From contig JBHGNT010000012.1 in NCBI GenBank assembly GCA_043228905.1, positions 19,406,001 through 19,470,000 on the forward strand: a stretch of 64,000 nt of DNA. The letters run 5' to 3'. Shown here piece by piece: positions 23,339 to 33,543 of the stretch. Numbering within the stretch: position 1 is the first letter of the stretch; each line of letters begins with the position of its first letter. The stretch is from Azolla caroliniana. Taxonomy: Eukaryota; Plantae; Polypodiophyta. The notes below the pieces were generated by a model that was not told the origin of the DNA, did not search any database, and saw nothing but the letters and a program-made list of their open reading frames with translations. A program made the translations under genes and the position numbers.

Positions 23339-25412
23339 CCATTCTACTGTGGCTGACTCATCCATCTGCGAGCTCTCGGTAGGTTGAGGCTCTGTCTTGT
23401 CCGTAACTTCCTCAGTGTTGTCGACTGTAGTTGTCCTCTCCGGTGAATTGGGCTGAGGTTCCTCCTGTTCGGCGGTCTCACTTTCCGGTATCGCGATGGG
23501 CTCCGCTCGTTGTCCCGTGCTGCCTATTGTAGTTGTTATTTCCGGTGAAGTGGGCTAAGGTTCCTCCTGTTCGGCAGTATCGCGATGGGTTCCGCGCTTG
23601 GCCACGTGCTACCGGCTTGCATGATTCGGTGAAACATATCCTCCTGACTTTCGTCGAAATTGTCCAATAGCTGCGCGAGTTCCTCGGAGTGTTTGTCCGC
23701 TAGCGTGTGATAATCTTGCGCTAGGTCCTCGTGTACTGCCGCAATGCCTTCCTCATTGAGTTTGTAAAAACCTCGGTCATCTTTCCTTCAGTTCTCCCAG
23801 TCCGCCCGGTAGGTATGTAACTCCGCCGCTTGTGTTGCCCACGCCATCCAGCCTTTGTCTAGCGTCGCTTGTAATTGCATCGTAAACCTCTCCCGATTTG
23901 TTTGAAGAAGTATGCCCACGTTGTCGGTTATTACTTGGCAGCAGTTACGCGCTTCTTGCAGGTTTTTCTTGAGGTTTTCGATTTCTTTCTTACTGACCGG
24001 AGCCACTTCCTCATAATTGCTCTTCATTCCTGTCTATATCTAAGATTCCTTCGAGTGTAATTCCTCCAGCTTGCCCATTTCATTGTTCAGGCGAATTTCG
24101 ACCTGATGCCTCACCTCCCGTTCCTGTACGAGCTGCTCGTCGTACCACGCTTTCTTCTTTTCCAATAACGCCCGGAGTCCTGTGATCGTTGTTTCCGACT
24201 TTTGTGCTTCCTCCCATAATTTGGTGTTTTCTTCTTTCGTGCGGGTGTGCGCCACTACCTCCGCTTCGAGTTTCTCTTCGAGGGCCTTCACTGCCTTTTG
24301 GCCTTTGGCCTGGATGTCCTTTTCTCTGTCGGAGGATTGGCAGAGTTCGGAGCGGAGGCGGTCAATCTCGGATTCCGCCAGCTGCACGGCCCTCTTTTCC
24401 TTTGAGGTGATGGCGATCTGGGATTCAATCTCTTTTCTTAAGGACTGGGCCTCGGCGGTGTTGTCTAATGGTCGAGATTCCTGTTGCACCGTAGTTGCGT
24501 TCCATTCCAACTCCATGATGCATTCGTTGGCCTTTTGTAGCTCAGCTTGGGTCTGTTTAACCGTTTTCCAGACATTTTTGTTTTTAATCGCCATATCTTT
24601 GGCTCCGATACTGACCTTATCCAGTTCCCTATGAACCTCGACGAGGGCCGCATTTAATGGGGGTAGTTCAATTCCAATTCGACGTATACCGACATTCCAT
24701 TGTCTGCCTACTCTAGCTAGCGGCCCCTCATCATCGCTTTCCGTCGTTCGTGTTAGCACACGCTCAATCATTTGTTGTTCGGCGTGCTCCTCGACCATCC
24801 GTTGTGAGACTTTTATTTGTTACGTCGCCAAAAATTCCATGAGTTCGTAAGTAGTTCCAAACTGTAACAGGGCACTGAACTCATGGGTTGTGTCCGGAAT
24901 GTCCGGATACTTCAGGACCTCGCTTTCCACCGTAAACACGCCTTTCCCCCGCTACGACTAGGCCGTAATGATCGGTCGTGGTTCCCAGATTATATGGAAA
25001 GTGGTGTTGGGCTTCGTAGCTGCGGAACTGTCAACCAAGGTGGTCATCTCTGTGGCCACGATTGTGTCTTAAACTAATCCGCACCCATCTTTCCTGTCCA
25101 GCCTACGCCGTTTCGGCCTCGGGCTTTCCTTGTGTTGCTCGGCTTCCTGCTCTTGCAGAGCTTCCTCCCTGCTCTCCGGCCGATCTCCCAATGTTGCTCG
25201 GTTTCTCTAGGAGGGATCTTGAAATGTTTTTCTCCAAGCGATGACTGGTCAAGCTTCTTCCGAATGGATGTGTTGGTGACCATGTCTATATTGAGTTTCA
25301 TGGCAATGTCCAGGGCTTCAGGGTGAGCAAGTGCCTCGACGACTTTGATGTATCCATCCAGTCGCTTTTCAACGAGCCATCTATGCAAGGTGGCAGAAAT
25401 AGTGATCGGCAT
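23339..25412 (-). pseudogene. Degenerate extra ORF of element F (coiled-coil-like protein); continues at 16189 to about 16000
   Basis: Pieces 25074-25412, 24040-24798 and 23788-24027; heptad-like E/K/Q/L-rich sequence; downstream of integrase on the same strand. Confidence 0.75.
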
Positions 25413-26400
25413 CGTAGGTGAGTGAGGTACGTTGGCTATGGCGAACGTGGGCTTTGTGGTATGATGGAGAGGAAGGTGAGTGAGGAGAGCGATGAGAGCG
25501 ATGAGGGTTAGAAGATTGGTTTCTGTACTGTGCAGAAAACCTTCTATTTTCTTTTTTTTGTGGCCTAGGGTTCATTGGTCTATGAGCCATCGTGGTGTCG
25601 CGTGTTCTTGCTCTAGAAGTTTGTGCATGCATCAAGTGCTTTTAATAGCGATGCTATCTTCTCTTCTTCTTCTTCTTCTTTTCTTCTTTTTTTTTTGCTT
25701 TTGTAATGCTTACATACAATATTATGTTTACACTATAGTACAAGTAAGTCTCTATAATTACTCCGCGGATTCTCCGGCTTTGTCTTGTCCGGCGGGGAAC
25801 GGGTTAGGTGGTGTAGGCCCCAGGTAAGGTTTTAAGCGAAACCCATTCACCTTTTGTTGTACCACTTCTCCGGCCAAGGTGCCAAGTTGAAACGTGTCGT
25901 TTTCCGCTCCAACTATCCAGTACGGGCTTGTCCAGCAGAATCTTAATTTTCTTGGCATTTTCCCCATGCATGTTTGAAAAACTAATACTGCTTTCCCGAC
26001 CGTAAAATCCTTTTCACGCACATGCCGATGTCGGTCCATGAATGCTTTGCGCCACCGTTGTTCTTGTTCCAATATGGCCATACTACGTAACCATGTTTCG
26101 CCTAGTTCTAGCATTTGTTGTAGCCGGTTTTGTTCAGATTTGTCCTCTGGTAGCCGGTCTCATACTTGAATCCGCAGACTAGGTACCTGAAATTCAAATG
26201 GCATTACGGCATCCAGCCCAAATGCTAGCCTTAAAGGCGTGGATTGTATGTTGTGATATAGGACATTTTCGACTAAACAAAAATTACGACTCCGGACGGC
26301 CAGCTGTTTTTTCTCATCCGTCCTTAATTGTGGTGGAGGTAACCTCGTAGGAAGTAGGTCACTTCCATCCACCACTGATCCGCAAAAAGTCTTTTCTATT

Positions 26401-28002
26401 AAAACTGGGGATCTTTTACATCCCTTTGATATTCCCAACAACAAATGGGAAAGTATCTCGATGGATTTTATCATTAGTTTACCTCGTACACAGAGGGGTC
26501 ATGATGCCATTTGGGTTGTCGTTGACAGACTAACAAAATTGGCTAGATTTATTCCTACCAAAACCACATTAACCGCTCAACAATTGGCTTATCAATTTGT
26601 TGATGAGTTATTTCGTTTTTATGGATTACCGATGGATATTGTTAGTGATCGAGATTCCACGTTTACTAGTGACTTTTGGACACAAGTCTTTAAGAAACTA
26701 GAAACTACGTTGAGCATGAGTTCCACAGATCATCCTCAGTCTAATGGACAAACTGAACAAGTTAATCAAATTATTGAGGACATGCTTCGAGCTTATGTAG
26801 CAAAAACCCCTTCTAAGTGGGAGCGATACCTTCCTATCTTAGAATTTGCCTATAATAGCTCTAAACATACATCCACTGGATATAGTCCTTTTATGTTAAT
26901 GTATGGTTTTCAGCCACGTGCCCCAGTTGATGTCACGATTCATTGTGATACATTAGACAGTACACGCAATTTTTTGCAAGACATGAACCAAATGTTGCAT
27001 ATTGCCAAAGAGAATGTCAAAACAGCTCAAGATCGTGCTCGATTTTATGCTGATCAAGATAAACATCCTCATGCATTTACTATTGGTCAAAAAGTGTTTT
27101 TGCGTGTCCCTACTGATACTACATCATTGTCTACGGGCAAGTGCGCTAAGTTAGCCCCACGATATTGTGGCCCATTTGAAATCCTTAAGCGGGTTGGGTC
27201 ATCTGCTTATCACCTTGCCTTACCCCGTAACGTTGGTATTCATCCTGTTTTTCACGTTAGTCGTCTAAAACCATTTTTAGGCTCTGGTGATAACACCATC
27301 ACAATCCAAGATCTTGTAACATTAGAGGATTTTTCTTACAAACCTCATGTTCCTGAACGAATTCTTGATTCTCATACTAAATGTTTACGTTCTAAAGAGA
27401 TTCGGCTATTCAAGATCAAATGGATGGATAAACCTATTGATGATGCCACATGGGAACGAGAGCATACTCTTAAGGCACAATTTCCTCACTTTATATTGCA
27501 AGAGTGCAATCTTTTAAAGTAGGGGAGTATGTTATGTACACATAACGTTGGTGAGGGTAGGTCACCAATATTTACATTAGTGAAGGGTATGTTCACTAAT
27601 GTTAAAAAGGGGACTAATGATTGGATAGAAGGAATGATAAGTGCATGCACTATCATGATTTGGACAACCAATGAATGGAGAGCCTTTTAGAAAGGCACAT
27701 CTATTCAAGGGGCCTAGGAAAAGGTATAAATATGAGGCTTAGCTACCCTCATAATCACATTATGTCGGAAGGCTGCTATCTTAGACATCAGTGGTGCGGG
27801 CTACGCTTTCATCTCAACAATCGTGTTTATCTCTTCCAAGGTATTAGTCATCCTAATATCCAGCGGTATGGGACGTTGGTGGTAGGTTGGCTATGTCTAG
27901 ATCATAGCTCGGGGGTGGTCGGGTGGAACGGGTTCTTCTATCCATTCTATTTTCCTTCTTTTACTTTACTTTGGTCTATTGATTAGTAATAGACTCTTAA
28001 CA
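26401..28002 (+). mobile_element. Chromovirus H, 3' part (integrase plus chromodomain, PPT, 3' LTR 27530-28002), inserted in the 5' LTR of I
   Basis: AGGGGAGTA PPT then TGTTA...TAACA; I LTR resumes at 28003; 5' end lost at a deletion junction with F. Confidence 0.9.
26461..27522 (+). CDS. Gypsy integrase core, GPF motif and chromodomain (5'-truncated)
   Basis: MDFIISLP, VSDRD, HPQSNGQTE, YCGPF, HPVFHVS, FKIKWMDKPIDDATWE. Confidence 0.9.
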   Translation: MDFIISLPRTQRGHDAIWVVVDRLTKLARFIPTKTTLTAQQLAYQFVDELFRFYGLPMDIVSDRDSTFTSDFWTQVFKKLETTLSMSSTDHPQSNGQTEQVNQIIEDMLRAYVAKTPSKWERYLPILEFAYNSSKHTSTGYSPFMLMYGFQPRAPVDVTIHCDTLDSTRNFLQDMNQMLHIAKENVKTAQDRARFYADQDKHPHAFTIGQKVFLRVPTDTTSLSTGKCAKLAPRYCGPFEILKRVGSSAYHLALPRNVGIHPVFHVSRLKPFLGSGDNTITIQDLVTLEDFSYKPHVPERILDSHTKCLRSKEIRLFKIKWMDKPIDDATWEREHTLKAQFPHFILQECNLLK

Positions 28003-28118
28003 AAATACTTGGGTTCACCTTGATTACAATCAAGGTGAACAACACCAGTTACGGAAGCATAATATCAGTTCTTGTTCTCTTGTCTATATTCTCTCTCTCG
28101 TTCTTGTTCTCTTGGTTA

Positions 28119-28154
<36 letters not shown>

Positions 28155-31100
28155 GTATTTAGCCTCATCTACTCGTCCTTGACAATTTTTTCACCTTTCA
28201 TTCTTCTTGCTACCATGTCCAACTTTGTCAATAACTTAAACCAAGTAATGGCTGCCTTGGAACAACTTCAACTAGAAAATGAAATCCTTTGTGGATTTTT
28301 ACGAGAGCTTCAAAATGGCACATCCAACAATCCCCCACTTGTTGAGCCTCACCCTTCGTCAGCACCTAGCCCAACCCCTTCCTCTTCCCATCCATATGTT
28401 CTCGAACCTAGCGTCAGCCTACCCAATAAATTCAACGGCTCGAGGGCGCATCGTCGTGGTTTCATCAATCAAATTCTGCTTATCATCCATTTACAACCCC
28501 AACATTATGCTAGCGATTTCCCTAGGGCTGGCCTCGTTGGCACCCTTCTCTCCAAACCGGCACAAATGTGGTTTGTGCCATTCATCAAGATCTCATCCCC
28601 ATTCTTAGATAACTTTCCTGTCTTCCTTGTAGAGCTTGAAGCCACATTCGGAGAGACAAACCGGTGACGAACGGCACTCACGAAGCTCTATTCCTTACAA
28701 CAAGGCTCCTATCCAGCCTCCATCTATGCTTCAGAGTTTCGTCAGATCACGTGCGATGTCAGTTGGGATGACCAAGCCTTACGCGACCATTTTCGTCGAG
28801 GCCTCCCAAACGATGTCAAGACTCTTCTCTTAAACTTTTCGGATACCACATCTTTGTCCCAAGTAATCTCCCAATCTGTTCAATGTCATAATCATCTTTT
28901 TGAGCTTTGATAAGAGGAACATGGGACTCGAGGATTTCAATCTTCCTCCCGCAATGCTCCCATCACAAGGTCATATGTACCAGTTTCGCCAACCACGCCA
29001 CGGTTGCCATCCTCCAATGATACTCATACCCAGATGGAGATCGACCATGCTTGGTTCCAACCATTAACTGATGTGCAACGACAACATCGATGTGACAATG
29101 GCCTCTTCCTCTATTGCGGTACCCCCAGCCATGTCATTCGCCATTGCCCAGTGCGAAGCCCTTGGCATTAATCCCACCGTGCACTTCTTGTGGACGTTCC
29201 TCGACAACAAGAAAATGACCAAGTCTAGCTGCAGTAGGAGCCATGCCATTGGACACTTCCTATTACCCTACTTCTCCGTGCTCCTACAATTCAGTTATGA
29301 CAGCAGGAGGTTTTACTTTGCAAGTAAGTCTTTGTTTTAGGTCTACTTCAATACAATCTCATGCCTTGCTTGATTCTAGTGCATCTACTTGTTTCATCAA
29401 TATCTCGTTTGTCTGAGCACATAATATCCCCATCGTTTACACAACATAACCCATATCCGTTGAGAAGCTATCAATGGACGGTTTCTCTCTTCAGGGGTGG
29501 TTACCGAAGCCATTGTCCCATTGGTACTTCAAGTCGGGTCCCACCAGGAGGTATTAACGTTCTACCTCATTGCAACCCCTCAACATCCGATTGTTTTAGG
29601 GTTGTCCTGGTTGGAAAAACACAATCCGATAATGGATTGGTGTAGTCATTCCATCACTTTTTCATAGACACCAGCATGCATGACTCCCCACCCCGTTACT
29701 TGTGTGGGGGGTTGCTTTCAACTTGGTTGTGCATTCTTCCAATTTCAACTCAATTTCTGACACTGTTGATTCCGTTGTGGCTGATTCCAACTTGGCCACT
29801 TCCGTGCCCGTTGTGTCATGGGAAATATCTATTCCTGTCACCAATTTTCCCGCAAGATATACTGACTTTTTGGATGTGTTCGAAAAGCGAAATGCACACC
29901 GGTTACCAGCACTTCATCCCTATGATTACCCAATCGATCTCCAAGATGACACGCATCCACCATTTGGACCCATCTATGGGCTATTTGAACCTAAACTTGA
30001 GGCTCTTCACACATATCTGGATGAAAACCTCGCTAAGGGTTTCATTCAACCCTCCAAATCACCGGTCGAGGCCCCAATCTTATTTGTCAAGAAGAAGGAC
30101 AGCTCATTACGACTATGTGTGGATTATCGGGGTCTCAACAAAGTTACGGTGTGTAATCATTATCCCTTGCCCTTTAATTCCAACACTCCTCGATTGACTC
30201 CAAATCGGGCGTATCTTCTCCAAAATCAACCTTCGAGGAGCCTACAATCTGGTGCGCATCAAGCCTGGAGACGAGTGGAAAACGGCCTTCCAGACACGCA
30301 ATGGATATTTCAAGTACAATGTGATGCCTTTCGGTCTCACCAACGCCTCAACAGTCTTCCAACACATGATGAACAACATAAAGGAGCACACTTAACACGT
30401 CCGATTGGTTCTACCCAACCTTCAAGAACATGGACTTTACTCCAAAAGTGAGAAATGTGAATTCGATCTTACCTCTGTTGAATTCTTTGGCTACATGATC
30501 TCACCCTCCGGGATCACAATGGATGCGTGCAAGGTAGCCGCAATCACCGATTGGCATGTTCCTACTCCGCTGAAAGAGATACAATCATTTCTTGGTTTTG
30601 CATTCTATAGAAGATGTATCAACGGTTTTTCCTCTTTAGTGCAACCTCTAATCATCCTTACTAGGAAAGATACTCCATTTCTTTGGACCTCTGCAACACA
30701 AAGTGCTTTTAATGCCCTCAAGGCAACTTTTCTCATAGCCCTAGTGTTGGTCAACCCCAACCCCACAAGACCCTTCCAAGTTGAAACCAACGCCTCTGAC
30801 TTTGCCATGGGAGTTGTCTTGTCCCAACCAGATGATGATGGTACCCTACATCCGGTTGCCTTCTACTCCCATAAGTTTACACCCCTGAAAATCTATTATC
30901 TAGTCTATGACAAGGAGCTTGCAGCTATCATCTATGCCTTTGCCGAATGGCATCCCTATTTGGTTGGGGCCCAACATCATATCCAGGCGCTGACCGACCA
31001 CAAGAATCTAATTTACGTCATCACCAGTAGTACATTGAATCGGAGGCAAACCTGATGGTCATCTTTTCTCGCTGACTACAACTTCAAGATCTTGTTTCAA

Positions 31101-32718
31101 CCCTTGGGAAAGTTGATGCTCTCTCTCGGCGACCTGATTTCACATTGCGCCCAAGAGATGATATATATTTGCAGCAATCCCATTGTTTGTTGAGGCCCAA
31201 TCAACTTCAGATGTTCGCAACCTCCATGTTGCATGTGGATTCTTTGCTCAATGAGATCGCCAAGGCAACCATGTCAAACCCATTCGCCACGAAAATCATG
31301 GCCCGCATCAATGCCTCATCCCCAGACATGAAAAGCTCATATCTCAACCAATTTACAACCCGGGATGGGTTACTCTATCGTAATCACCTCCTGTACGTTC
31401 AAGAAGGATCGTGTCACACACAGGTACTTCAAAACTGTCATGATGATCCTCTTGTTGGCCACTTTGGGGTCACGAAAACACTGAAGTTTCTATCTCAAGG
31501 GTTTTGGTGGCCCCAACATTGGAAATTTGTTAAGGAATTTATCAAGACATGTGACGTATGTGCTCACTCCAAAGTAGCTCACCATCGACCATACGGCCTT
31601 CTTCACCCGCTCCCAATTCCCAGTCGACCATGGGCCTCCATATCCATGGACTTTATAACCGACCTCCCTCTAGTCGATGGACATGACACAGTGCTAGTGA
31701 TTGTCAATCGATTTTCGAAGATGGCTCACTTTGTCCCATGTTCCAAAACTATTTCAAGGGAGCAGACAGCTGACCTTTTTCTTAAAAATGGCATCCGATT
31801 ACACAGCTTACCCGAGGATATCACCTCTGATCGAGGTTCTCAATTCATCTCCCACTTCTTGCAACGGCTTCTGCAGACATTCAGGACTTCTGTGAACTTG
31901 TCATCAGCATACCATCCTCAAAGTGATGGACAAACCGAACGAGTCAACCAAATCCTCGAATAATACCTCCGGTGTACCGTGAGCTACCAACAAGAGGATT
32001 GGGTGGACTTCCTTGCAATGGCCGAATTTACCTACAATAATAGTATCCATGCTTCAACTAAGATTTTCCCATTCTTTGCAAACTATGGATTTCACCCTCA
32101 TTTCAACATTTCCATTCCTGCAAGTTCAACTCCAATATTTGGTCTTATGGAAAGGATACCCCATTTCAGACACTACATGAGAACCGGTTACACATTTACA
32201 AAATGCTCCAAAGGCCATTCGAGAGTTTCATCAACGATACCCACATAAGTTGGTCGTGGGTCCTAGGAGGTGACCTTAGAGGGAGGATAATGTCGTGGGT
32301 CCTAGGAGGTGACCTTAGAGGGAGGATAATGTCATAGACAAGATGCCAGGATGGAATATAGGGGGTTGAACCCATGACCTCCTAGTCCTATTGGGCAACC
32401 TTACCAATTAAACTACGTCTATCTATACATTATTATATTGTATAACATTCAACTTATTACTTTGTAGGTTAATCACAAGAACTTTCAAGAAACTTCTAGA
32501 GAATGCATCTTCATGCACTCTCTAGAAGTTTCCTAGCTTACATGTACACCTCCACATTCTTGTGTAAATACTTGGGTGCACCTTGATTGTAATCAAGGTG
32601 ATCAAGACTAGTTACGGAAGCATAATATCAGTTCTTGTTCTCTTGCCTATATTCTCTCTCTCCTTGCTTACGCTCTCTCTCTCTCTTAGTATTTAGCCTC
32701 ATCTACTCGTCTGTGACA
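28003..32718 (+). mobile_element. Tcn1-like chromovirus I (partial 5' LTR 28003-28184, degenerate gag-pol, chromodomain remnant, 3' LTR 32330-32718), inserted in J
   Basis: Matching LTR parts ending in TGACA; gag ATG 28215 with SLPNKFNG; [13 protein letters not shown]; RH VETNASDFAMG; IN ISMDFITDLP; YLVLWKGYPISDTT*EP at about 32130-32190. Confidence 0.92.
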
Positions 32719-33463
32719 ACCTCCTAGTGACCTTTTAGGCATTGGCCCACATATATCGGTGTGGATTAGTTCTAGGGGTTGTCATACCATCTCATAGTAG
32801 AGAAAGTGCGGACTTCAGGTCTGTTTCCAATAACAACAATGCTCACAAAAGTCTGTCTTTGTTTGGAGTTTCGGGATGTTGCTAATCACCATCAGTCGGT
32901 CTAGTCCGACTTGTGACATATGGCCAAGTCAGCCATGCCATAGGTTCAATTCTAACAAAATAGTTATGTTCATGAACCCTTTTGAGTTGATCATCATCAA
33001 CGGGTACAAGTTGTTGTACTTGTATCTGTAGCCGATTTTCAAGGTTCCCTCGGTTGATCGTCCATAACGACTCACTGAGTGTCATTCGGTACCCAACTTC
33101 GGCTAGCATGCCAATGGAGACCAAAATCCTTAGCTCAATACGTGTAGAACTCAGTGCAGGGTGATAGTATTATTGTTCGGCAATTCAATGGAGACCTTGC
33201 AGATCCCTGCGATTACACACTCCCACCCGTTGCTGAGTCAAATTGTGTTGTTGGCTCGGACCGAATAGTCTAAAAACCATTCAATGTTGGGGGTCACATG
33301 AAGTGTGGCACCGGAGTCAAGCAGCCACGTTCATGTGTCTTGCGCGTTGTATAGGACTTCACTAGTCAATGACTCCTCCAAGCAGAGAATTTCGGGATTC
33401 ATCAACATTTATTTGGTTGCCTGTAGGAGAACGGTTTGAATCGGATTGTCTTGTCTTCCTATC

Positions 33464-33510
33464 TGTGAACGTAAGTGTTTATGGAAGCGTAAAACAGAGA
33501 ACAACACAGA

Positions 33511-33543
<33 letters not shown>

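Larger units (their letters stand above)
15519..26400 (-). mobile_element. Athila/Tat-like Gypsy element F (partly deleted integrase, 3' extra ORF, PPT, 3' LTR 15519-15995), split by G
   Basis: Integrase C-terminus KLRFCWTSPY...KVNGFRLKPY at 25758-26114; purine tract then TGTGCC...CCAACA LTR on minus; sequence is continuous across the G insertion. Confidence 0.8.

Noticed and set aside
32352-32422. A functional tRNA gene
   Set aside because: Acceptor and anticodon stems do not pair properly; reported only as a tRNA-like module.
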